Shown here: positions 28,255 through 36,995 of the stretch, one piece after another
Position numbering within the stretch: position 1 is the stretch's first letter
How the letters are laid out: each line of letters starts with the position of its first letter
NCBI GenBank assembly: GCA_964389675.1
Contig: CAYMEV010000014.1
Span: 1-64,000, forward strand
Source of the DNA: an uncultured Candidatus Sumerlaeota bacterium
GTDB taxonomy: Bacteria; CAYMEV01
Direction of reading: 5' to 3'
Length of the DNA stretch: 64,000 bases
Position numbers and translations under genes: made by a program
The notes under the pieces: model-generated
What the model was told of the DNA's origin: nothing
Seen by the model: the letters and a program-made list of their open reading frames with translations, nothing else
The model's database searches: none

Positions 28255-29473
28255 TAACTCGAAAGCCAGGCCGGCAGTGGCTATTGTAAAAAACAGCAGT
28301 ATCAGCCGCAATAACCTGGATTTTTCATCCCCTGAACTGGATGCCATAAAACAGCTGATTGAACGGGGAGCAGGATATTCAGACAACTTTTTTAGCTCAG
28401 TCAGGTCAATGAAGGTCTTCATAAAACCTAACCTTGTAAGGCCTGACCCGGTAAACAACCCTTCGCTCTCTACTGATGGAAGGGTGATACTTGCTTTAAC
28501 AGACCTGCTTTCAGATCATGGTGCATCTCAGATCGCCTTAGGGGACAATCCGGGATACGGGCTTGATTTTTCCACTGCTTTGAAGGATTCTAAACTTGAG
28601 CCTGAACTGAAAGCCAGGGGAGTCAGGCTTGTAAACATTGATAAACTGCCGAGGAAAAGCGTTTTTAATGAAAATGCCGTCCTTTTTAAGGATTATCAGA
28701 TGCCGGTCCTGGATCATGATCTGTTTATAAATCTGCCAAAGATGAAGACACACATGCACGCAATGGTCTCCCTTTCAGTTAAGAACCTCTACGGCCTTGT
28801 CGTTGATGACCAGAGGCTTACTTTTCACAGGGAGGACCTGCACAGGAAACTTGCAGAACTTCTGTATATACACTGGCCTGATCTGAATATTATTGACGGG
28901 CTTATACCCATGGAAGGCCAGGCACCTCTCTATGGCAGTGCAGTATATGGATTCAATACCCTTGTAATCAGCAGGAATATTATGGGTGCTGATACAGTAG
29001 CTTCAGGCTTGATGGGTTTTGACCCGCAGGAGATAACAAAACTTAGGATAGCCCGCAGCCTTGGTTTCGGCTCTATTGACATTAATGATTACAGCCTTTT
29101 CGGAGACAGCTTTGAAGAGATAAAGAAAAGGTTTTCAAGGCCCGTGCTGAGCAGTGCAGGGGTTTATGACAGGATCCTGTCGCTTGAGTGCGGTGTATGC
29201 AGCGGATGCCTCTCCGGGATCAGGCACAGCCTTGACAAGCTTTCTTTTGAGGGCAGCCTTGAAAAAATTAAGGGGGAAATTGCCATATTCAGCGGTAAAG
29301 CTGTTCAAAACCGGGAAATATTAAAGGATTTCCATGGAAAGCTTATCCTTTATGGGAACTGTGCACTGGATGTCCAGTTCTATGATTCAGCAAGAAGGAA
29401 CAGGGCTGTTATAGTACCCGGATGCGCCCCGCATATTTTTGACCTTTATAATGCCATTAAGAAAGGATTATGA
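28247..29473 (+). CDS. DUF362 domain Fe-S protein
   Basis: VFIKPNLV, INLPKMKTH, SLSVKNLYG, IIDGLIPMEGQAP. C-terminal Cys cluster GVCSGC...GNC...PGCAP. Overlaps the upstream gene. Confidence 0.8.
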   Translation: MINNSKARPAVAIVKNSSISRNNLDFSSPELDAIKQLIERGAGYSDNFFSSVRSMKVFIKPNLVRPDPVNNPSLSTDGRVILALTDLLSDHGASQIALGDNPGYGLDFSTALKDSKLEPELKARGVRLVNIDKLPRKSVFNENAVLFKDYQMPVLDHDLFINLPKMKTHMHAMVSLSVKNLYGLVVDDQRLTFHREDLHRKLAELLYIHWPDLNIIDGLIPMEGQAPLYGSAVYGFNTLVISRNIMGADTVASGLMGFDPQEITKLRIARSLGFGSIDINDYSLFGDSFEEIKKRFSRPVLSSAGVYDRILSLECGVCSGCLSGIRHSLDKLSFEGSLEKIKGEIAIFSGKAVQNREILKDFHGKLILYGNCALDVQFYDSARRNRAVIVPGCAPHIFDLYNAIKKGL

Positions 29474-29889
29474 TGGGAAGGCTGCTGGGACTCGATATAG
29501 GAAAGAAGCGCATAGGGATCGCTACCTCTGATGAAGCAAGGATCATTGCTTTCCCCCATTCAGTCTATAATCTTAATTCACTGGATGATTTCATTATTTT
29601 CCTTGATAAGCTGATTAAAGAGAAGAATATTGACAGAGTGGTCATCGGCCTGCCCAGAAGGACAGACAGGGAAGGTGAGACTGAAAGCTCCGTCTTTGCA
29701 AGGGAGATGAAGAAAACGATTGAAGAAAGGCTGAATATTGATACAGTTCTGTATGATGAGAGATTAAGCACTGTAGAGGCAAGAAGGGACCTTACCTCAA
29801 TGGGGATCAATGCAAAAAAACAGAAAAAGATGATTGATATGGCAGCAGCCCGGATCATACTTCAGGCATATATCGACAGCCAGAGATGA
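29470..29889 (+). CDS. ruvX: Holliday junction resolvase-like / pre-16S rRNA nuclease RuvX (YqgF)
   Basis: LGLDIGKKRIGIATSD, VVIGLP, DERLST, IDMAAARIILQAY. Confidence 0.93.
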   Translation: MMGRLLGLDIGKKRIGIATSDEARIIAFPHSVYNLNSLDDFIIFLDKLIKEKNIDRVVIGLPRRTDREGETESSVFAREMKKTIEERLNIDTVLYDERLSTVEARRDLTSMGINAKKQKKMIDMAAARIILQAYIDSQR

Positions 29890-30920
29890 AAAAAACCGCG
29901 ATCCATAAATTTCTTAAAAGAGCTTTCCTGGGTATTTCCCTTCTTCTAATTGCAGCAGTCTGTACTGCATATTACTTGTATAACAGGCTGGAGGCCTTCG
30001 GCAACAGAATTAATATTACAGATGAGCCGGTACTGCTGAACATTGAAAAGGGTGCTTCAGTATCTGAGGTTGTCAGACTGCTCTATGAAAAGAAAGTGAC
30101 AGGAAGTGAAGCCAGGGCCCTGCTTTATTACCGTGTGTTCTTCAGGAATCAGACTCTGAAGGCCGGCTTTTACAGGCTGCCTGAAGCATCAAGCCTCCAT
30201 GATGTCCTTGACATGATAATAAAGGGGGATATAGCAACAGAAAAGCTGACAATCATTGAAGGTTCCACCATATGGGAGATAAATGAGGTGATCAGCGGTT
30301 CTAAAATTACCGGCAGGGACGATTTTTTTATGCTATGCTACAATAAAGAGTTTCTGGCGGAGCTGAAAATACCCTTTGGCATAATAGAGGGCTTTATATA
30401 CCCGGATACTTATGTATTTCCTTTAGGCATTCCTGTTAAGGATGCTGTAAGGATAATGGTGGCGAGGTCATTTGATATATATGAAAAGATATCAGAAACA
30501 GCAACAAACCCGATGGATATCGGGGAGGCAATGATCCTTGCATCATTGATTGAAAAGGAATCCCCCAGTAAGGAAGAGGGCCCTGTTATTGCCTCTGTAT
30601 ACCTTAACAGGCTGGATATAAACATGCTCCTTCAGTGTGACCCTACTGTAATATATGCACTGAAGAGGAACAGGCTATATGACGGGAGATTGCTCAAAAA
30701 GGACCTGTCCTTTGATGACCCCTACAATACATACCTTTATAAGGGGCTTCCTCCCTCGCCAATCGCAAGTCCTGGATATTACTCCATATTTTCCGCAATG
30801 AACCCTGCCAGGACTGATTATTTATATTTTGTGGCTAAGGATGACAGCTCGCATGTGTTTGCTGAAACATACAGGGAGCATCAGAGAAATATTATTAAAG
30901 TGAGGAAAAACAAAAAATGA
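29886..30920 (+). CDS. mltG: Endolytic transglycosylase MltG (YceG)
   Basis: N-terminal TM helix, EGFIYPDTY, LASLIEKE, VYLNRL, LQCDPT, YNTYLYKGLPPSPI, YLYFVA. Confidence 0.93.
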   Translation: MKKTAIHKFLKRAFLGISLLLIAAVCTAYYLYNRLEAFGNRINITDEPVLLNIEKGASVSEVVRLLYEKKVTGSEARALLYYRVFFRNQTLKAGFYRLPEASSLHDVLDMIIKGDIATEKLTIIEGSTIWEINEVISGSKITGRDDFFMLCYNKEFLAELKIPFGIIEGFIYPDTYVFPLGIPVKDAVRIMVARSFDIYEKISETATNPMDIGEAMILASLIEKESPSKEEGPVIASVYLNRLDINMLLQCDPTVIYALKRNRLYDGRLLKKDLSFDDPYNTYLYKGLPPSPIASPGYYSIFSAMNPARTDYLYFVAKDDSSHVFAETYREHQRNIIKVRKNKK

Positions 30921-31267
30921 AAAATAAAAAAGCATACCTGCTTCTGTTCAGCCTTCTTTTTGTCTTCTGCTGTACAGAAAGTATCTGTATCGGTGACTGC
31001 AGTTTTGATATTTCAGTTGATACCGGGCTTCTTATATATCAGCCTTCAGATTTTAACAATACAAGGGTAAGAATAAAGGTCCCCGGAAAATCTTTCACTG
31101 TATCAGATGGTGAAGGCAGGGTGAAATACAGGGATATTGACAGCAGAATACCGGTCGACACCGCGATTATGAATGATATAAGAGATCTTCCCGATGCTGA
31201 TATCTATCTTTATATTCAAATTACAGAGGGAAGCATGGTCTTACGAGGAATAAGCTATAAACTTTAA
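30917..31267 (+). CDS. Hypothetical exported protein/lipoprotein
   Basis: Basic N-terminus plus hydrophobic stretch ending in VFCC. ATGA-coupled to mltG. Confidence 0.6.
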   Translation: MKNKKAYLLLFSLLFVFCCTESICIGDCSFDISVDTGLLIYQPSDFNNTRVRIKVPGKSFTVSDGEGRVKYRDIDSRIPVDTAIMNDIRDLPDADIYLYIQITEGSMVLRGISYKL

Positions 31268-31284
31268 TACATAAGGAGATTAAA

Positions 31285-32817
31285 ATGCAGAAAAGATATC
31301 AGGCAGGTGCATGGATCCTGATCATTATTGCATTAATAATGATTCAGTTCTCATCATGCTCATCCGCCGGAAGGGAATACAGAAATGAAATTGAGTACAC
31401 TGTCCTGTTCTTCAATGATATTCACGGGACCCTTTTTCCCTATAGTGAGGATGAGGACGGGCAGGTAAATCAATATGGCGGAATTACATATATTTCAAGG
31501 CTGGTCAAGGATATAAGAACAGAGAATGGTAAAACAGGCAAAAAGACCTTCCTTCTGTTTGGAGGGGATATTCTGCAGGGCAGCCTCATGTCGACCATAT
31601 TCAAGGGTTACCCGGATGTACTGTGCTTTAATGAAATGGGGGTCGATGTAATGGTAATCGGGAATCACGAGTTTGATTACACGATACCAAATTTCATGCT
31701 GCTTATGCAGACAGCAAAATTTCCGTTCATTTCATCAAATATTATGTATGACGGAAGGCTGATGTGCAAACCTTTCGTAAAGCTGGAGCTTTCAGATGAT
31801 CTTTATATAACTGTTATAGGGACCACAATAAAGGATATATTTGATGTTGCTGACAAAAGGCTGCTGGAGGGGATTACAACAACAGATTCAGTGGAGTCCA
31901 TTAGAAAATATATTGATGAATTCAGCCAGGAGGGCCCGATAATTGTACTTTCCCATAATGAACTGGATACCGAGAAGAAGATAGCTGAAACCTATAACAG
32001 CATAGATGCCCTTATAACAGGGCACGATCATATTCTGATCGACCCCTGCCTTCAGCTAAATAATGTGTGCATATTTCAGGCATACCAGAAGGGAAAATAC
32101 CTGGGCAGGCTTGAAATGGCGTATTATCCTGATGATGGTGAGTCGCTGATAAAGGATTACAGGTATTATAAAATAACCCCGGAATTAAAAGAGGATGAAA
32201 ATGTAAGCAGGATAATAAACGGCTATAAGGAACAGCTTGATGCTCAGTTTTCAGACCCGATAGGCCGTACAGAAACATTTCTGGAAGGGGAAAGGCAGAA
32301 GATAAGATGCAGCGAGACTAATCTCGGAAATTTCATCGCAGACAGTGTAAGGGGGTTCTTTAATACTGATATCGTATTCATAAATTCAGGGTCAGTAAGG
32401 TCCAGTATTAACAAAGGAACGATATCCCTGGGTGATATCTATAATTCTCTTACATTTGATAATGACATATACATTCTTGAATTAACCGGGAAGGAAATAA
32501 TGGAGGTACTGGAAAAATCATTCGGCATAAACTATAATTATGGCGGTTTCCTTATTCAGTCAGGACTGAAAATTGAGCTTGAGGAAAGAGAAATTAAAAA
32601 GGTTCAGGTCATAAATGCAGGCGAAGAGCTGTTGCCTGATAAATCTTACAAGGTTGCGGTTAACAGCTTTATTGCCAACGGCGGGGATCATTACAGCATA
32701 CTTGCATCAAAAGGGAAGGAAAAACAGTATATTTCCCTGAGGGATCTTGTAATCGACACGATAATGGCAAAGAAGACTATAAATCCATCAACAGACGGCA
32801 GGATTTTATATAAATAG
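31285..32817 (+). CDS. Bifunctional metallophosphatase/5'-nucleotidase lipoprotein (UshA-like)
   Basis: FNDIHG, GGDILQG, GNHEFD, GHDH, ETNLGNFIAD, NSGSVR, FIANGGDHY. Lipobox FSSC. Confidence 0.9.
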   Translation: MQKRYQAGAWILIIIALIMIQFSSCSSAGREYRNEIEYTVLFFNDIHGTLFPYSEDEDGQVNQYGGITYISRLVKDIRTENGKTGKKTFLLFGGDILQGSLMSTIFKGYPDVLCFNEMGVDVMVIGNHEFDYTIPNFMLLMQTAKFPFISSNIMYDGRLMCKPFVKLELSDDLYITVIGTTIKDIFDVADKRLLEGITTTDSVESIRKYIDEFSQEGPIIVLSHNELDTEKKIAETYNSIDALITGHDHILIDPCLQLNNVCIFQAYQKGKYLGRLEMAYYPDDGESLIKDYRYYKITPELKEDENVSRIINGYKEQLDAQFSDPIGRTETFLEGERQKIRCSETNLGNFIADSVRGFFNTDIVFINSGSVRSSINKGTISLGDIYNSLTFDNDIYILELTGKEIMEVLEKSFGINYNYGGFLIQSGLKIELEEREIKKVQVINAGEELLPDKSYKVAVNSFIANGGDHYSILASKGKEKQYISLRDLVIDTIMAKKTINPSTDGRILYK

Positions 32818-32825
32818 AAATTAAC

Positions 32826-32881
32826 TTTACAATATTTTGATATTGGCATATGCTCATATTGCAAAAATTAAAAATATCAAA
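32826..32881 (+). promoter_or_regulatory. Promoter and palindromic operator upstream of methionine gamma-lyase
   Basis: TTTACA(32826-31)-N17-TATGCT(32849-54). Imperfect palindrome ATATTGGCAT|ATGCTCATAT (32840-59) over the -10 box. Outer inverted repeat TTTGATATT (32836-44) / AATATCAAA (32873-81). Confidence 0.5.
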
Positions 32882-32892
32882 GGAGAATTTTC

Positions 32893-34077
32893 ATGCATAA
32901 TCTAAAAGATTCAAAGATAGACACAAAGACAGTACATGCAGGTATCTACGAGGATTGTTTCGGCTCTGTGGTACCTCCTATCTACCAGGTTTCCACATTC
33001 AAGTTCAAAAATGCTGACCATGGTGCAGACCTTTTTGCAGGAAAGTGCAAGGGGTATATATACACAAGGATGGCAAACCCGACAATAGAAAGCCTTGAGT
33101 GCTCAGTAGCCGCTCTCGAGAACGGGCATAAAGGCCTGGGCTGCGGGTCCGGCATGGCGGCTATTACAACCATACTCATGTCACTGCTGAAAAAGGGTGA
33201 TCATATTATATGCTCTGATGCAGTCTATGGCCCTACTAATACACTCTTAAAGACCATCCTGAACCAGTATGGAATTGAGAACGATATTGTTGATACAAGC
33301 AATATTGATAATATAAAATCGAAAGTCAGAAAGAATACCAGGATAGTCTATGTCGAAACCCCTGGTAACCCTACTCTGGTTGTATCAGATATAAATGCCA
33401 TATCAAAACTGACAAAGAAGATAGGGGCATACCTGATTGTAGACAATACATTCATGAGCCCGGTACTGCAGAGGCCTCTTGAGCTTGGTGCAGATATTGT
33501 TGTGCACAGCATGACGAAGTTTCTGAACGGCCACGGCGACGTTGTAGCCGGGATGATAGTAGTCAAGGACGAAGACATGTATAAGAATGTTAGAAGGACA
33601 CTTAACCATCTTGGCGGGACAATTGACCCGTTTAATTCCTTTCTGGTGCACAGGGGGATCAAAACACTTGCAATAAGGATGCAGAGGCACTGCGAAAATG
33701 CTTCTGAGATTGCAAAGTACCTTGAATCTCATAAAAAGGTTGATTGGGTTAGATATCCAGGCCTGAAAAGCCACCCGCAGTATAATATTCATAAGAAACA
33801 GACTTCCGGGGGAGGTGGGATCATATCCTTTGGACTGAAAGGCGGCCTGAAGGCGGGGAAAAAAATGATGAACAGCGTCGGATTATTTGCACTTGCTGTC
33901 AGCCTCGGAGGTGTAGAAAGCCTGATACAGCATCCTGCATCAATGACCCATGCAGGAATGAAAAAGGAAGACAGGCTTTCTGCAAATATAACAGACGGGC
34001 TGGTCAGGATCTCCGTGGGAATAGAGAATGTTGATGACCTTATCAAAGACCTTGAAAAGTCAATGAGCAAATTATAG
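32893..34077 (+). CDS. megL: Methionine gamma-lyase (Cys/Met metabolism PLP enzyme)
   Basis: PPIYQVSTF, YIYTRMANPT, SGMAAI, ETPGNP, VDNTF, HSMTKFLNGHGD (PLP Lys), AVSLGGVESLIQHPASMTH. Confidence 0.85.
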   Translation: MHNLKDSKIDTKTVHAGIYEDCFGSVVPPIYQVSTFKFKNADHGADLFAGKCKGYIYTRMANPTIESLECSVAALENGHKGLGCGSGMAAITTILMSLLKKGDHIICSDAVYGPTNTLLKTILNQYGIENDIVDTSNIDNIKSKVRKNTRIVYVETPGNPTLVVSDINAISKLTKKIGAYLIVDNTFMSPVLQRPLELGADIVVHSMTKFLNGHGDVVAGMIVVKDEDMYKNVRRTLNHLGGTIDPFNSFLVHRGIKTLAIRMQRHCENASEIAKYLESHKKVDWVRYPGLKSHPQYNIHKKQTSGGGGIISFGLKGGLKAGKKMMNSVGLFALAVSLGGVESLIQHPASMTHAGMKKEDRLSANITDGLVRISVGIENVDDLIKDLEKSMSKL

Positions 34078-34080
34078 GTA

Positions 34081-34644
34081 ATGAAATGTCATCTCTGCAT
34101 CGATAAAAAGTGCCATACAGAAGGCAAGGACTGCTCCGGGATTGAAGGGAAGCCGGAATTATCCAGGGAATATATTAATGCAGGCAGTATCGAGGCGGAT
34201 TATTATAATAAATATAACAGGTTTCAGGAGCTTGTTGAATATTGCAGATTGAACGGCTATACCAGGATTGGTATAGCCTTCTGCATAGGGCTTGCCTCCG
34301 AAGCTGAGGCTTTCTGCAGTATGCTTGAAAGCTTCGGGTTTATAATAGATTCTGTCTGCTGTAAGATCGGCGGTATAGACAAGGATGATGCTGGATTAAA
34401 AAAGATAAACAAGGGGCAGTATGAGTCCATGTGCAACCCGTATTTTCAGGCAGAGATACTCAACAGGAGCAAAACGGACCTGAATATTATCTTTGGCCTA
34501 TGTATGGGGCATGATATCGAATTTTCAAAACACTCAAAAGCTCCTGTGACAACATTCCTTGTCAAAGACAGGGTGCTTGGCCATAATCCGGCTGCAAGTG
34601 TCTATTCGAAGTATGTACAAAAGAAAATAATGCAGGACGGCTGA
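34081..34644 (+). CDS. DUF1847 Cys-rich metal-binding protein
   Basis: IGIAFCIGL, SVCCKIGGIDK, MCNP, GLCMGHD, VKDRVLGHNP. Confidence 0.82.
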   Translation: MKCHLCIDKKCHTEGKDCSGIEGKPELSREYINAGSIEADYYNKYNRFQELVEYCRLNGYTRIGIAFCIGLASEAEAFCSMLESFGFIIDSVCCKIGGIDKDDAGLKKINKGQYESMCNPYFQAEILNRSKTDLNIIFGLCMGHDIEFSKHSKAPVTTFLVKDRVLGHNPAASVYSKYVQKKIMQDG

Positions 34645-34674
34645 AATTATACCGGCCAGAAGTAAAACAGGGAT

Positions 34675-35046
34675 TCAGGAACTGTTTTCTTCAAGCCCCC
34701 TTATAATATCAATAAGCCTGCTGATCTTGTAAGGTTTGGGAAGAAAGATAGTCCTGTCCCTGGTGTTTGCTTCGCAGCAGTCTTTTTCCAGAAATGAGCC
34801 TGAAGTGAGTATCACAGGCACGGGCCGGTTGAGCTTGCTGATCTCGGATATGAGGTCCTCACCGCTTAAATCCTTCATCTGTTTGTCAGTTATGACCAGA
34901 TCGATATCCTTATTCATATTGAAAGCCTCGAGCGCCTGAAATCCCGATGAACAAGGGATAATACGATAGTCAAAGCCTGAAAGGACCTCGCTTTCTATGG
35001 AAAGCAGTGTTTCATCATCATCAACCAATAAAATAGTCCTGATCAT
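34675..35046 (-). CDS. Single-domain response regulator (REC)
   Basis: ILLVDDD, phospho-acceptor LVITDKQM, ILTSG, LPKPY. Confidence 0.88.
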   Translation of the reverse strand: MIRTILLVDDDETLLSIESEVLSGFDYRIIPCSSGFQALEAFNMNKDIDLVITDKQMKDLSGEDLISEISKLNRPVPVILTSGSFLEKDCCEANTRDRTIFLPKPYKISRLIDIIRGLEENSS

Positions 35047-35052
35047 GAAACC

Positions 35053-35081
35053 ATTATAATTGCTGATATCAGCTATGTCAA
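35053..35081 (-). promoter_or_regulatory. Consensus sigma70 promoter giving a leaderless transcript, with a palindrome in the spacer
   Basis: Minus strand TTGACA(35081-76)-N17-TATAAT(35058-53)-N6-ATG(35046). Spacer contains GCTGATATCAGC (35062-73). Confidence 0.75.
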
Positions 35082-35168
35082 AAATAAATTATTCTATTAT
35101 TTACTTGAAATTTTTAAGCAATGATAATATAAAATTTGGTGTAGAAGGCAGGGTAAAAGGAGGATCTA

Positions 35169-36995
35169 ATGTGCGGAATTATTGGTTATATAGGAAAATC
35201 AAATGCATATGATATACTTATCAATGGCCTGAAAAAACTCGAATACAGGGGTTATGACTCAGCAGGGCTTTCCATCTTTCATGGAAAAGGCATAAAGAGG
35301 CACAGGGTAATAGGTAAGGTTGCCGACCTTGAGAAATATATTGAAAAAAAGAGCCTTTCAGGAAATCTCGGGATTGCTCATACAAGATGGGCTACCCATG
35401 GCAGGCCTTCCGTAAGGAATGCACACCCCCACTCTGACTGCACAGGCAGTATACACATTGCTCATAACGGCATTATAGAAAACTACAGCGAGATAAAGCA
35501 ATTCCTGAAAGCCAGGGGGCACAAATTTTCAAGCCAGACGGACAGCGAGGTCATAGCTCATCTTATAGAGGAATACCTTGATCTCGGTTTTGAATCCGCC
35601 ATTAAAAAGGCCCTTGGCGATTTGGAAGGCGCATTCGGGATTGCAGCCATTTACAGGGAAAAGCCGGACAGCCTTGTAATAGGGCGCAGGGGCAGCCCCA
35701 TGGTATTTGGCATCGGCGATGACGGTTTTATTGTTGCATCAGATACTCAGGCAATGAACAGCAATATACAGAAGGTAATATACCTTCAGGACAATGAGGT
35801 TGTTTTTATAAGAAAGGACAGCTATGAGCATGTTTCTATTGAAGATAAGCCAATACACAGAGAGATCCAGAATATTGAGATAAAGGACATTGTAATGGAC
35901 AGGAAGGGCTATAAGCATTATATGCTCAAGGAGATATTCGAACAGCCGGAAACAATTGAAAATGCAATAAAGGGAAGGATCGACCAGAACGATGCTGTTT
36001 CCAAGCTTGGGGGGCTTGAAGAGATCATATCCAGTCTTAAAAGCAAGAAAAGGCTGATGCTTGTATCATGCGGGACTTCCTATTATGCAGGCCTCTATGG
36101 AAGATATATATTTGAAAAGCTTACAAATCTTGATGTTGAAGTAGAGCTTGCCTCTGAATTCAGATACAGGTATCTGAGGCTCAATGAGGATGATATAGTG
36201 CTTGCCATAAGCCAGAGCGGCGAAACAGCAGATACCATAGGTGCTATAAAGGAGGCAAAGAGAAGGGGAGCGCTTGTACTGGGACTGGTGAATGTTGTAG
36301 GCTCCACGATCTCCAGGCTCACGGATGCAGGTGTTTATAATCATGCCGGCCCGGAAATAGGGGTTGCTTCGACCAAGCTTTTCTCATCCCAGTGTGTCAT
36401 CCTTCTGCTGATGGCCCTGTTGATAGGCAGGCAGTCATACCTGTCCTATGGCGACGGCCTAAGGATAATCAGGTCGATACGGAAGCTCCCCATGAAGATC
36501 AAGATTATTCTGGAAAGGAATGAGGAAATCAAACGGATTGCAAAAAAATATGCAGAGTATAAGGATTTTCTGTACATAGGGAGGATGTATTCCCTGCCGA
36601 TAGCCTATGAAGGTGCATTAAAGCTCAAGGAAATATCCTATATCCATGCTGAAGCTTATCCTGCTGGTGAAATGAAGCATGGCCCTATCTCGCTTATTGA
36701 TGAGAAATTTCCCACTGTTGCTATAGTTCCAAGCGATGTGTCCTATGAAAAGACCATTTCAAACATAGAGGAGATCAGGGTAAGGAATGGCAAGGTAATA
36801 GCAATAGCTACAGAGGGAGATAAAATGATAAAAAATTATGCTAATGATGTAATATACATTCCCAGGGCTGATGAAGTGGTCCAGCCTATCCTGTCGGTAA
36901 TCCCTCTTCAGCTGTTCGCCTATCATGTTGCTGATATCAACAGGAGGGAGATTGATAAACCCAGGAACCTTGCAAAAAGTGTTACGGTTGAATAA
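35169..36995 (+). CDS. glmS: Glutamine--fructose-6-phosphate transaminase (isomerizing)
   Basis: MCGIIG, LEYRGYDSAG, AHTRWATHG, HNGIIEN, SQSGETADT, GPEIGVASTK, PRNLAKSVTVE. Confidence 0.98.
   Translation: MCGIIGYIGKSNAYDILINGLKKLEYRGYDSAGLSIFHGKGIKRHRVIGKVADLEKYIEKKSLSGNLGIAHTRWATHGRPSVRNAHPHSDCTGSIHIAHNGIIENYSEIKQFLKARGHKFSSQTDSEVIAHLIEEYLDLGFESAIKKALGDLEGAFGIAAIYREKPDSLVIGRRGSPMVFGIGDDGFIVASDTQAMNSNIQKVIYLQDNEVVFIRKDSYEHVSIEDKPIHREIQNIEIKDIVMDRKGYKHYMLKEIFEQPETIENAIKGRIDQNDAVSKLGGLEEIISSLKSKKRLMLVSCGTSYYAGLYGRYIFEKLTNLDVEVELASEFRYRYLRLNEDDIVLAISQSGETADTIGAIKEAKRRGALVLGLVNVVGSTISRLTDAGVYNHAGPEIGVASTKLFSSQCVILLLMALLIGRQSYLSYGDGLRIIRSIRKLPMKIKIILERNEEIKRIAKKYAEYKDFLYIGRMYSLPIAYEGALKLKEISYIHAEAYPAGEMKHGPISLIDEKFPTVAIVPSDVSYEKTISNIEEIRVRNGKVIAIATEGDKMIKNYANDVIYIPRADEVVQPILSVIPLQLFAYHVADINRREIDKPRNLAKSVTVE

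Noticed and set aside
35047..35168. glmS ribozyme
   Set aside because: The intergenic region is only 122 bp, AT-rich and filled by two promoters, with no room or conserved core for the ribozyme.
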